Assembly (NCBI GenBank): GCA_963663135.2
Contig: CAXXRM010000005.1
Location: forward strand, 99,304 to 163,303
From: Dehalococcoidia bacterium
GTDB lineage: Bacteria; Chloroflexota; Dehalococcoidia; Lucifugimonadales; UBA3495
Direction of reading: 5' to 3'
Length of the DNA: 64,000 nucleotides
In this document: positions 1 to 9,607 of the stretch, one piece after another
Numbering within the stretch: position 1 is the stretch's first letter
How the letters are laid out: every line of letters starts with the position of its first letter
The notes under the pieces: model-generated
Told to the model about the DNA's origin: nothing
The model's database searches: none
The model's input: only the letters and a program-made list of their open reading frames with translations
Program-made: the position numbers and the translations under genes

Positions 1-300
1 CCGGGGACCCGGATCGTACAGACCAGCGCTGCCTCGGAAGGCTGCTCCATTATTCAAGCCTCGGCTTCCATGCTGTCCTGCCTGCTAGAAGGAAAGACCC
101 TGGAGGAAGCGGAGTCGCTGGCGGCCGACTTCCGGACCATGATGGCGGGGAAGCAGCTACCGCCCGCCATCATGGCGCGGCTGGGTGAGGTGGAGGCCCT
201 GCAGGTTGTCCGGACCTACCCCGTCCGCATCAAGTGCGCGCTGTTGCCCTGGGTAGCCCTGGAGCAGGGACTGAAAGCCCACAAAAACAGGGAATCGTAG
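1..300 (+). CDS. sufU: SufU/IscU-type Fe-S cluster scaffold, C-terminal part (5' end outside window)
   Basis: Frame 1 is open from nt 1 (PGTRIVQTSAASEGCSIIQASASMLS...) and runs into listed ORF 70..300. It has the cysteine motif EGC.I..ASASM and a ...RIKCALLPW... tail typical of SufU/NifU-N scaffolds. TAG stop at 298-300. Confidence 0.75.
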   Translation, partial: PGTRIVQTSAASEGCSIIQASASMLSCLLEGKTLEEAESLAADFRTMMAGKQLPPAIMARLGEVEALQVVRTYPVRIKCALLPWVALEQGLKAHKNRES

Positions 301-380
301 GCTAAAGCTCCAATTGCCCCACCTCCCGCATTCCATGGGGCGGGCCGGGGTTTTCCCCAATAGCATTCCCCGCGTTTACT

Positions 381-890
381 CTATGCTGTTCCGCTGCGCT
401 GCAAGCCCTTCAGGTAAGCGATGTGGCCCTGGTGCTGGTACACCTCGCCGATGATCTGACGGAAAATAGCCCCCACCGACATTTCCGGACGCTGTTCCCT
501 GGGAACCACCGCATAGTCTTCGGGACCCAGGGTATTCAGGTATTCCAGTGTCGCCTGTCGCACGGCCTGGCCGTACCGCAATAGCGCTGCCAGGTCCAAT
601 ACCGGGAAATTGGCCACTTGCTCCTGGGTGTGGCCAAAGCCGTTGTCCCTGGTGGGCAAGCCGAACGTTTCGTTCCAGCCTTCCTTTTCCCATATTTCGG
701 TCTGCCGCTGCACAAAAAACTGGAACCACATGTCCTCCACCCGGAGCATGTGCCACAGAATCCAGCCTATGGGGTTGGCTTCGGCTCCGGCCCGCCAGAC
801 CAACTCCTCGGGAGTAAGGTCCTGGACCGCCTCCAACAGCAACTCCTGCTCCCTTGCCAAAGCATCCGCGATAAACTCGTCTAAGGTCAT
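381..890 (-). CDS. DinB-family (DinB_2/DUF664-like) protein
   Basis: 169-aa ORF. The WILWHMLRVEDMW ... GEVYQHQGHIAYL histidine pattern is typical of the DinB superfamily. Overlapping ORFs 376..921(-), 548..817(+) and 610..1026(+) look like shadow frames. Confidence 0.75.
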   Translation of the reverse strand: MTLDEFIADALAREQELLLEAVQDLTPEELVWRAGAEANPIGWILWHMLRVEDMWFQFFVQRQTEIWEKEGWNETFGLPTRDNGFGHTQEQVANFPVLDLAALLRYGQAVRQATLEYLNTLGPEDYAVVPREQRPEMSVGAIFRQIIGEVYQHQGHIAYLKGLQRSGTA

Positions 891-1247
891 TTCCGGCTCC
901 TCGTTGCGACGTTCTGCTCAAATGGTTTTTCGGCAGACTATCCCATTTCCGTCGGCACGGCTAGTGTCGCCTGAGTATCTTCCTGCTTCCACTATCCACG
1001 CCAGTGGCAGATTGGAGGGCTTGTAAGAGAAGAGTCCGCCAACAGTGAGCGGGTTAAGTAGAATATGGAATAAGGGTTGATGGGGAGAAGATTACGCCCT
1101 TGCACCCACCTTCAGCACAATCCTGGCAGCGCAACTTTCTCAGACCGGGCCAGAAACCACATTACAAATCAGCTGAAGGATAGTAGACTGCTCAACTGCG
1201 TTACATTGATAGAGTACCCATTAGAGCACCCAGGAGAGGAACCAAAT

Positions 1248-1466
1248 ATGGTCCAGGGCCTAAGACCGGACGACCCGATCCCCATCACCACCGCACAACT
1301 TGAGCAAATCGCAGAGGAACAGGGACCGGACGCCATAACCCTGGTGGACCTGGAAAACCGCATCTTCAAAACAACTCCGATAATCGACGACGTAGAATTC
1401 ACTCGGTATGTGCAGTTGGATTCAACAGACGCCTACCTGCACTACGTAAAACTCTACGACAAGTAG
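1248..1466 (+). CDS. hypothetical small acidic protein (72 aa)
   Basis: ATG at 1248 is preceded by GGAGAGGA 8 nt upstream. The longer start at 1077 has no SD. No family recognised. Confidence 0.4.
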   Translation: MVQGLRPDDPIPITTAQLEQIAEEQGPDAITLVDLENRIFKTTPIIDDVEFTRYVQLDSTDAYLHYVKLYDK

Positions 1467-1546
1467 CCAGAGCAACCGGGCGGCTTTGTTAAATAACGTT
1501 GGGACACGGTTCCAACGTTGTTCCTAAAGAGTAGGAGGCACTGACA

Positions 1547-2491
1547 ATGCCCGACGTTAAGGGCGACGGAGTTGTCCGGGGACACACTTGGCTCAGCACC
1601 CGGGTCTATCGCCGGGAATTTCTCCGGCGGATGGCAATCATCGGCGGGGGCGCGGTGGTCGGGGGAACGCTGTTGAGCGGTCTGGCCTGCGGCGCCGAGA
1701 CGCCCACGGCAACCATGTCTCCCAACCCAACCATGGCTCCTACGCAAATGGTGGTTCCCACGCCAGGGCCGGGAGAAACCGTTTCTCCCGACGACCCTCG
1801 CATTGAGGCCGGCCCGGTAGAATTCACCACTGCCGCCACCACGGTGCTGGGATACCTGTCCCGCCCGAAAGAAGACGGGCCCCACCCGTCGGTTTTGGTC
1901 ATCCACGAAAACCGGGGAATGCAGCCCCATTTCCCCGACATTACCCGCCGCTATGCTCTTCAAGGGTATACCGCCCTGAGCGTCGACCTGCTTTCACGGA
2001 GGGGCGGGACCGCGGCGTTCGCCGACACCAACCAGGCCAGGGACGCGTTGCGGGAGATTACCCAGGATGATTTTATGGCCGACCTGAACGCCAGCGTTGA
2101 CTACCTCCAGACCCTTTCCCACGTCAGGGCAGACCGGATTGGGGTGACGGGGTTCTGTTTCGGGGGCGGTCTGACCTGGTTAATGTCGGTTCGGAACCAA
2201 GAGATTGCGGCAGCGGTCCCCTTCTATGGGTCGGCTCCGCCGTTGGACGAGGTCCCCAACCTGAATGCGCCGGTCCTGGGGATTTACGGGGGCGATGACC
2301 AACGGATTAACTCCGGTGTCCCCGAATTAGAAGCGGCGTTGCAGCAAAACGGGAAGGTCTACCGGGTAATCACCTACCCTGGAGCCGGACACGCTTTTTT
2401 CAACGACACCGGGCAACGCTACCACCAAGAGGCCGCCACAGCGGCTTGGCGGGAAACCCTGGGGTGGTTTGACGAGCATTTGAAGTCCTAG
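1547..2491 (+). CDS. dienelactone hydrolase family protein with Tat-type signal
   Basis: AGGAGG SD lies before ATG 1547. Twin-arginine motif RREFLRRMAIIGGGAVVGG. Body motifs VLVIHENRGM ... GVTGFCFGGG ... GAGHAFFND are typical of the DLH family. Confidence 0.85.
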   Translation: MPDVKGDGVVRGHTWLSTRVYRREFLRRMAIIGGGAVVGGTLLSGLACGAETPTATMSPNPTMAPTQMVVPTPGPGETVSPDDPRIEAGPVEFTTAATTVLGYLSRPKEDGPHPSVLVIHENRGMQPHFPDITRRYALQGYTALSVDLLSRRGGTAAFADTNQARDALREITQDDFMADLNASVDYLQTLSHVRADRIGVTGFCFGGGLTWLMSVRNQEIAAAVPFYGSAPPLDEVPNLNAPVLGIYGGDDQRINSGVPELEAALQQNGKVYRVITYPGAGHAFFNDTGQRYHQEAATAAWRETLGWFDEHLKS

Positions 2492-2527
2492 CTGGGCTGC
2501 GCCGGTGATGCCATCCCTCGTACCACT

Positions 2528-3433
2528 TCAGGGCAGGGGCATCGGTATGTGTTCCTCGAAGAAGAGAGCTACCCTGCGGATATAGGCTGCCCGGTTCTTC
2601 CGGTAAACGTTGATGTGCTCTGCCCCGGCCACCAGCCAGATTCGGTCTTCCGGGTTGTTGGAAGTCCGGTGCAGGGCCACCGTTTCATCCACCGAAATCA
2701 CCGTGTCCTCCCGCCCGTGAAAGAAGTAGATGGGCTGGGATATCTGGTCGATCACTTCTACCGGCCGCACCCGCCGGAAATCGGCTCGGAACAGGGCCCG
2801 CCCGGCCCACAGGATAAAGAAGGTGAACCAGGCCGGCAGGTAGAATCCCCAGGCGTTGGTATGAATCAGGCGAATGTCCGAGACGTAGTCCATAAACCCG
2901 CTGTCGCTGACAATCGCCGGAATCCTGGGGTCCTGGGCCGCCACCATGATGGCTACCCCCGCTCCCAGGGAGAAGCCCAGCAGCCCGATACGCTCCACCG
3001 GAATGCCCCGGGATTCCACGTAGTCGATTGCCCCGAGCAGGTCCCACTGTTCCCGGTCCCCCTCGGAACTGCGTACCCCGGCCGACTCTCCCCGGGCCCG
3101 CAGGTCGAACAGCAGGACGCTGAATCCCCGGTCAACCAGGTCGCGGCCCAGTTCCAGGGCCCGGATGGCCGGGTCGTTTCGATGCTGGTCGGTCCCCTGA
3201 ATCAGGATAACGCAGGGGAGGTCTTCGGGCGCGGGCAGATACCAACCGGCCAGCAGCACCGAGTCCCCCCGGCTGGGGAAAGCGACATCCTCCCAATGCA
3301 ACCCCAACTGCAATGGGTGGCCGGATACCGGCATCCGCTCCTGTAGGGTGAGTCTGTGGGCGACCCAGGCGCCGTAGGCAATTATTGTCAGCAGGGCCAG
3401 CCCAGCGACGGCAAGCAGCAGGGGAATCAACAT
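2528..3433 (-). CDS. membrane-anchored alpha/beta hydrolase
   Basis: N-terminal TM helix MLIPLLLAVAGLALLTIIAYGAW. Nucleophile elbow GFSLGAG, with later D and H (GAEH) positions. Confidence 0.8.
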   Translation of the reverse strand: MLIPLLLAVAGLALLTIIAYGAWVAHRLTLQERMPVSGHPLQLGLHWEDVAFPSRGDSVLLAGWYLPAPEDLPCVILIQGTDQHRNDPAIRALELGRDLVDRGFSVLLFDLRARGESAGVRSSEGDREQWDLLGAIDYVESRGIPVERIGLLGFSLGAGVAIMVAAQDPRIPAIVSDSGFMDYVSDIRLIHTNAWGFYLPAWFTFFILWAGRALFRADFRRVRPVEVIDQISQPIYFFHGREDTVISVDETVALHRTSNNPEDRIWLVAGAEHINVYRKNRAAYIRRVALFFEEHIPMPLP

Positions 3434-3466
3434 ATCTGGGTGAAGGCCTCCCGGCCCGGTGGTGTC

Positions 3467-3661
3467 TTACCTGTTGGCGTTGCTCTGTTCCCGTTGCCGC
3501 TGCTCCAGCCAGTCCAAGCCGGACTCCGACTCTACCAGTTCGTCATCGAAGAATCCGTGACCCCGCTTGACCAGGTGCATACCCTCGTAGAACAGCAGCC
3601 ACACGATGGGCCGCACCACTTCGTCGGGCACCCCCTTGGAGTAGAAGGAACGGGGGTTCAT
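3467..3661 (-). CDS. hypothetical small protein (64 aa)
   Basis: ORF with strongly G/C-biased third codon positions (read by eye), same strand as and upstream of the hydrolase gene. No clear SD and no family recognised. Confidence 0.4.
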   Translation of the reverse strand: MNPRSFYSKGVPDEVVRPIVWLLFYEGMHLVKRGHGFFDDELVESESGLDWLEQRQREQSNANR

Positions 3662-3731
3662 GTCCCGGAAAAACCTGGCTTGGGTTAACCGCTGAAACCC
3701 GTCGGCTTGATCCTGGGTCTCTGTCCTCCGG

Positions 3732-4556
3732 TTACTTTTGGCAGAGAAACATTCCCCAACCCAATTCTTCCCGCTCTATCGCGTGCACCATCTGGTCATC
3801 AGCGTGGGAAAGGGCTTCAAATGTGTCCGGGTTGAGTGCCTTCTGGGACAACGCCACTTGGGACAGGCAGGCGTACTTCTTGTTCAGGTTCTCCGACAGG
3901 TCATGGGCCTCCAACACCCGAAATCCCGCCTCACCTAGAGCGTCCTGATAGCCGGAAAAGCTGAAATCGGTGTCAAACAGCAGGCGGTCGTAGACATACT
4001 TGCGGGCATCCTCGCCGATGTTGGGCGTTGGCTTGGCCAAATCGTCAAAAATGAACAGACCGCCCGGTTTGAGCACCCGATAGACTTCTTGCAGGGTCTT
4101 TTCTTTATCGGGAATATGGTAGATGGTCGCCTGGCTCCAGACGTGACTGAAGGAATTGGCGTCGAAGGGCAGGTCGGTGGCCGAGGCCTTCTCAAAGGTC
4201 AGGCGGGCGCGCACCTCCGGGGTCTGGTCCCGGAGCGACTCGACCGCATTGTTAATGCGGACGCCGCTCAAGTCTATCCCCATTACTTGGCAGCCCGCGC
4301 TTTCGCACAGCCAGGTGGCGGCGTTGCCGTTGCCACAGCCCAGGTCCAACACCTGGGCTACGGGTTGGATTCGGGCCTTTTCCAGCATAACCCGGTTCAG
4401 GTTGACGCAGGCAGCCAGGAAATCGTCCCCACTCACCTGGTCGAACCAGCCCCAATGCAGGCTGCCTTCCCGGTCCCAAAATGAACGATACAGGGCGTCT
4501 TCCGCGTCGTAAAACGCCTCGGTATCTGCTTCAGTGAATCGGCTCTCCTTAATAAT
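3732..4556 (-). CDS. class I SAM-dependent methyltransferase (glycine/sarcosine N-methyltransferase-like N-terminus)
   Basis: Listed ORF 3732..4436 has the SAM motif VLDLGCGNGNAA and LKPGGLFIFDD. The same frame stays open upstream to a TAG at 4575-4577 and encodes ...TEADTEAFYDAEDALYRSFWDREGSLHWGWF..., a conserved-looking N-terminus. Only ATT/ATA codons are available as starts there, so the 5' end is uncertain. Confidence 0.7.
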   Translation of the reverse strand: MIKESRFTEADTEAFYDAEDALYRSFWDREGSLHWGWFDQVSGDDFLAACVNLNRVMLEKARIQPVAQVLDLGCGNGNAATWLCESAGCQVMGIDLSGVRINNAVESLRDQTPEVRARLTFEKASATDLPFDANSFSHVWSQATIYHIPDKEKTLQEVYRVLKPGGLFIFDDLAKPTPNIGEDARKYVYDRLLFDTDFSFSGYQDALGEAGFRVLEAHDLSENLNKKYACLSQVALSQKALNPDTFEALSHADDQMVHAIEREELGWGMFLCQK

Positions 4557-5089
4557 CTCCTTCGATATACTCGGCTAATGTGTTCCTTGTGCAAGATTAT
4601 CCGGCGACCTAGAAGATTCCAAACACTTTCCTCCGACCGGTACACAAGCCGATGGAAATAACCCGGCTTGCCGGTCAAGACACCGTCCCAGTTGCGTAAA
4701 AGAAGAAGGGGCCGTAAGCGGGGGTTTAAGCCTGCGGTTGGGCTATCGACGGCCGGGGACAATGTGCCTCCGGCAATTTCGGTGGTGAATTCGCTTTATG
4801 GAGTCTGCGGCCGGGGTGACATCGGACGAATGTGTAGGAACTGTTCCTTGGGCTCGTGACGCCGGAAATTGACTGAACGATATGTTGTATGAGTCAGTAC
4901 GAGCCACTGGGTCAACTTGCTTATCACTTGCCTAAAATATTCCATTTGGGAAAGAGAGTCAATCGCAAGTATTCCCAATACAAGGTTTTTGAGTTGTCTT
5001 TAAATCTCTTTAGGGGTCCAAAAATACCCTAAAGGCAAACCCGTTGATGTGGGGCTTGACGAGCCAACCGGGCAGACGCCATTCTCTTA

Positions 5090-5973
5090 GAGGGTGTGTG
5101 AGAAATCCCGTTCAAGCTGGCTGGAGCCTTTTGAGCATGAGATGGATCATGGCTACATAAACCCAAGCCTCGCTGGTTTCCGGCAGGGCTTCATAGTCTT
5201 TGCTCAAGCGCCGGCAGCGGCCCAGCCACGCCAACGTCCGCTCCACCACCCACCGGCGGGGCAGCACCTCAAAGGAGTGAGTGTCCGGCCTCCGCCGGAC
5301 CACGCTCAGCAGCCAACCGCCAGTGACCCAGGCCCAGGCTACCAACTTGCCAGCGTATGCCCCGTCAGCCCAGATCACTTTGAGCCTGGGATACCGGCCC
5401 ACCATTTTGCTCAACACCAGCTTGGCTCCATCCCGGTCCTGAATGTTGGCGGCATGTACCACCACGGCCAGGAGCAGTCCTAAAGTATCTACTGCGATGT
5501 GGCGCTTGCGCCCAGCAACCTTCTTGCCCGCATCGTAGCCCCTGGGCCCCCTTTTTCCGTGGTCTTCACCGACTGGCTGTCGATGATTGCGGCGCTGGGC
5601 GTAGCCTCGTGTCCCTCAGCCTCCCGAACCCTGGGACGCAGCGCCGCCTCAATGCTCTCCCAGGTCCCATCTCTGCGCCACTTCCGAAAATACCACCAAA
5701 CCGTCCCCCAGGGCGGCAGGTCATGGGGCGTCAAGCGCCAGGGTATGCCGCCGCGCAGCACATACAGAACGCCATTTACTACTTCGCGCAAGTCCACGGT
5801 CCGAGGATGCCCCCTGGGTTTGCTTGGCGGCAGCAAGGGGGCTAATTCGGCCCACTGGGCGTCGGTCAAATCGCTGGGATAAGGTTTTCTGTTCATACCC
5901 CCACAATAGCAGGATTGCTGACCCACTCCCCAAGAGAAATTGGTGCAGGTTTAGCCCTTTCTCACACACCCTC
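5090..5973 (-). mobile_element. IS5-family insertion sequence (IS427-group style), complete
   Basis: Perfect 16-bp terminal inverted repeats: GAGGGTGTGTGAGAAA at 5090-5105 and its reverse complement at 5958-5973. Both ends are flanked by TTA (5087-5089 and 5974-5976). Length is 884 bp, with two overlapping transposase frames. Confidence 0.85.
5112..5896 (-). CDS. IS5-family DDE transposase, OrfA/OrfAB via -1 frameshift
   Basis: OrfA is [23 protein letters not shown]... (DUF4096-like). A -1 slip at GGAAAAAGG (minus strand of 5550-5558) reads ...[47 protein letters not shown]..., continuous with ORF 5112..5465 (DDE_Tnp_1-like). Confidence 0.85.
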
Positions 5974-6005
5974 TTAAGAAGTCAATTCAATTCCCTCCGA
6001 TAGCA

Positions 6006-6224
6006 TCACCGGACCAAACCTATGGCGACGCTAACAATGCCGAGAAACAGTAGAAGACCGAACACATCGGTATTGGTTGTCACCACCACTGCCGAGGCCA
6101 CGGCCGGGTCGACTCCAATCCGCCTCAAGAACAAGGGTACGGCAGCGCCGTTGCCTGGAAACTTGAGCCGTGCCGCCCCGAGCATTTCCAGGATGTTTGC
6201 CCGGAATGTTCCGGGCCGCAGGCT
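6006..6224 (-). pseudogene. C-terminal stub of an MgtE-type Mg2+ transporter
   Basis: 72 open codons on the minus strand: ...GNGAAVPLFLRRIGVDPAVASAVVVTTNTDVFGLLLFLGIVSVAIGLVR-stop. This matches the DPAvAS...TT.TD..G last-TM motif of MgtE. A TGA sits upstream at 6225-6227 and no N-terminal, CBS or MgtE-N part is present. Confidence 0.45.
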
Positions 6225-6577
6225 TCAATTATAGTGCCGCTCCGGTCGGAGACGAACACACAACGTTGCCTGTCAACGCCCTTGACGCTGCTGTAGTATT
6301 CGGCGGTGGCCTGTACCCCGGCCGACCCGTGAGCGCCGGTGGCAGACGTTAACCGCGCCGTACTATAATGACATGTCAGTCACAGACATTTAGAGCGTTA
6401 CGGGGCCGCCGACAACGCAGGGCCGCCGCCGGCCGCCAAGTTAAGACCTCCAGCCATCCCTGACCGCCGCATCGGACTTTGGCGCGGCTCCGCCGATGTA
6501 AGGCGCCGCGTGGGGACGTCAAAAACGCCGATCTCCGGATGTAATCTCGTTATCACTAGCCGCAGCGATACAGCTCC

Positions 6578-7393
6578 ATGAAACAACTGGTCCATCTTTC
6601 CGGGCGGCTAGTTAACTCCCCATGGTTCGAATTCTTCATCATCGGCGTTATCATCGCCAACGGCGCCCTGCTGGGACTGGGAACTTCCTCCGCAATTGAC
6701 CGGGCTTACGGAAGCTGGCTGCATCTGGGCAATCAGGTTGCCCTGGGTGTGTTCATCGTCGAAGCGGCGCTCAAGATGCTGGCCTTGTCGCCCCGGCCCC
6801 AGCGCTACTTCCGCGACGGATGGAACATCTTCGATTTCCTGGTGATCGTGTTCGCACTGGTCCCGGCCACCGGCCAGTTCGCCATGATTACCCGCCTCGC
6901 CCGGCTGCTGCGGGTGGTGCGGCTCATTTCAACCATCAAAGACCTGCGGCTAATTGTCGCCGCCCTGGTGCGTTCAATACCCAGCGTGGGCCACGTCATC
7001 ATGCTGATGAGCATCGTCGTATACATCTACGCCATCATGGGCTACCACCTCTTTCACGAACACGATCCGGAAAACTGGCGGACCCTGGGCATATCGGTGT
7101 TGACCCTTTTCAACATCATCACCCTGGAAGGCTGGACGGTGGTCATGTACACCGCCATGCAGGAGCACCCGTGGGCCTGGGTGTATTTCGTCAGCTTCGT
7201 GATAGTGGGGACCTTCGTCGTAATCAACCTGTTCATCGCCATCATCATCAACAACCTGGACGAAGCCAAGCTGGAGCGGCTGAGGGATATGGAAACCCCG
7301 GTATCCCGAGAAGATTTGTTGCGTGAACTCCGGGCCACTCAAGCCGCGCTCCAAAGATTGGAAGAACGGCTGAACAATGAGCGTCAAGGTTGA
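6578..7393 (+). CDS. single-domain voltage-gated cation channel (BacNav/NaChBac-like, 6TM)
   Basis: S4 segment has Arg at every third residue (ITRLARLLRVVRLISTIKDLR). Pore loop is LFNIITLEGWTVVMY (TLEGW at 7121-7135). C-terminal coiled-coil-like tail is LDEAKLERLRDME...LQRLEERL. Confidence 0.85.
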   Translation: MKQLVHLSGRLVNSPWFEFFIIGVIIANGALLGLGTSSAIDRAYGSWLHLGNQVALGVFIVEAALKMLALSPRPQRYFRDGWNIFDFLVIVFALVPATGQFAMITRLARLLRVVRLISTIKDLRLIVAALVRSIPSVGHVIMLMSIVVYIYAIMGYHLFHEHDPENWRTLGISVLTLFNIITLEGWTVVMYTAMQEHPWAWVYFVSFVIVGTFVVINLFIAIIINNLDEAKLERLRDMETPVSREDLLRELRATQAALQRLEERLNNERQG

Positions 7394-7686
7394 CGAAATG
7401 GGAGCCGGGAGACCGATGTCAACTCGCCCTTGGGCCTTTACCACCATCAATCAGATCAAAGACGGAGAATCGGACCAAGTCACGACGGACCTGAGAGTCA
7501 TACCAACATGATGCGATGCAGGCTCCCACCGCCGTACCGCTACGATTACGACACTGGACCAGTGCCCCAGGCCGCATCGAGATTCGCCCCGTAACCGCTA
7601 CTCGATTTTGCCGACCCTTTGCGGTGTCACCGCCTGGTCCATGATGGTACTCCCCCCTCAAGAGACCAGTCTGGGAGGCAAACTTA

Positions 7687-9414
7687 ATGGCGACAGCTTC
7701 TCAGAACCCGCGTTATGAGCCCCACGAAAATCCGCCCATCCTGTCCGTCCTCGGTTTCGGCTCTCAGTTCAGCCTGATTGCTTCCGCGACGCTGCTGGTA
7801 ACCCCGGTCATCGTGGCCAAGGCATCCGGAAGAGATGACTCCTACTTGGTGTGGATGGTCTTCGCCTCCCTGGTGGTCGTAGGCGTGTCCACGCTGCTGC
7901 AGACGCGAAGGCTTGGCCCCGTTGGAGCGGGAGCGGTTCTGCCCATGTTTACGGCTGCCTTCTCCATCCCGTTCTGCATCACGGCCGTGGTGGACGGAGG
8001 GCCGGCAACTTTAACTACCTTGGTCATCGTCTCGGGTGCGACTCAGATCGTTATCTCCGAGTGGCTGTTCATTCTGAGGAGAATCGTCACGCCAACCGTC
8101 GGCGGCACAGTGATGATGATCCTCTCCATCACCCTGGCTTCCGTTGTTTTCGGATTGTTGGACGAGGCATCGGAGGCCGAGCCGGTTGCCGCGCCTTTGA
8201 CCGCGTTGGTTACCCTGGCCGTCGTCGCCGCGCTCACTCTCCGCGGTTCTGCGGTGCTGAGTCTTGGGGCCCGGTGGTCGGTATAGTCGTAGGCTGGGTC
8301 GTTGCGGCGGTGTTGGGAATCTACGACATCGAGAGGGTGATGACGGCCCCTTGGATCGGGCTTCCGAGCGAGTGGCCTGGGCTAGGGCTCGGCTTCGGAA
8401 TCCCATTCTGGACGCTGCTTCCGGCGTTCCTGTTCCTGGGTATCATCATCTCCATTCAGGCCAACGGAGAAGCCATTGGCCTGCAGCGGGTCTCACAGCG
8501 CCAGGCCCGGACAGTGGACTTCCGGCAGGTGCAGGGGGCGTTAGCCGGCGGCGGCGACCAACCTGCTTGCCGGCGTGGGAGGAGCCGTGCCAAACATCAT
8601 CAGTCCGGGCATTGTCTCATTCACGCAGATAACCGGCGTCGCTTCCCGCCGGGTTGGCTACTGCATCGGCTGTATTTTCATCCTGATGGCCTTTCTGCCC
8701 AAGGTGTCCGGGCTGCTCAGCACCATCCCCGGGCCCGTAATGACGGGACACCTAATCTTGGTCACCGGGACTCTCTTTGTCGACGGCGCGCGGACGGTCA
8801 TCCAGACCGAAGAGAACCGGCAGAAGGTGGTGATCGCGGGAGTCTGCTTCTGGATTGGAGCGGCTTTCCGGTTCGGGCTGTTCAACCTGCCAAACCTTGG
8901 GCCGGTATGGGGGGCGCTGCTCAAGAGCGGCATAACCACCGGGGGGGTGGCCGCCATAACAATGATTCTGTACCCGGAGCTCACCAGCCCGCGGCGCATG
9001 CGGTTTCAGTCGCAACTCCACGTCGACGCCCTGCCGGACATCAACGAGTTCATCGCCCGGTTCGCCGCTCGCCGGGGCTGGGACGACGGGATGAAGGACC
9101 GGCTGAGCGCAGTCGCGGAAGAAACTCTGCTGACGCTGGCCCCGCTCGACCTGGAAGGAAACGACGATGCGCGGGACGACCGGCGGTTGATCGTCCTGGC
9201 TTCCAGCGACGGCCCGGTAGCGGACCTGGAGTTTATCGGCGGAGGCAACGAGGCCAACATCGAGGACCAGGTCCGGCAGCTCCAGCAGCACGACTCGGAA
9301 ACCCCTGTGGAGCATGAAATCTCGCTCCTGTTGCTGCGGAGCTACGCCTCATCCGTGCGGCATCAACAGTATCACGATACCGACATCATCACGGTCCGCG
9401 TAGTCCCCCCGTAA
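7687..9414 (+). pseudogene. NCS2 (xanthine/uracil permease) family transporter with extra C-terminal cytoplasmic domain, interrupted by two frameshifts
   Basis: Three collinear pieces. Piece 1 is frame 1, 7687-8286. Piece 2 is frame 3, about 8265-8556 (WGPVVGIVVGWVVAAVLG...FLGIIISIQANGEAIGLQRV...). Piece 3 is frame 1, about 8545-9414 (ATNLLAGVGGAVPNIISPGIVSFTQITGVASRRVG...). The switches occur at CTTGGGG (8263-8268) and in the GGC repeat (8545-8557). Confidence 0.7.
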
Positions 9415-9607
9415 CGCAGCAATAGACCGCAGCCGAGTGCCCTATTCGTGGGAGGTCTCCAGTCCCACACAACCGACGGCTTTTTCAACCTGGCATAGCG
9501 GCTTTCCGAGCCTGTCTGGGATGTGGGTGCCTGGTCGGAGGGCTGGACGGTCAACCGTTGGGGTGGTCTATTCCAGCTTTTAACCCTTGAGGCCGGGAGG
9601 GCCAGGT

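Noticed and set aside
7851-9317. 488-aa ORF as an independent gene
   Set aside because: Only about 100 central codons (about 8265-8556) look like protein, and those are the middle piece of the frameshifted NCS2 permease. The rest is an Arg/Gly/Pro-rich shadow of frame 1.
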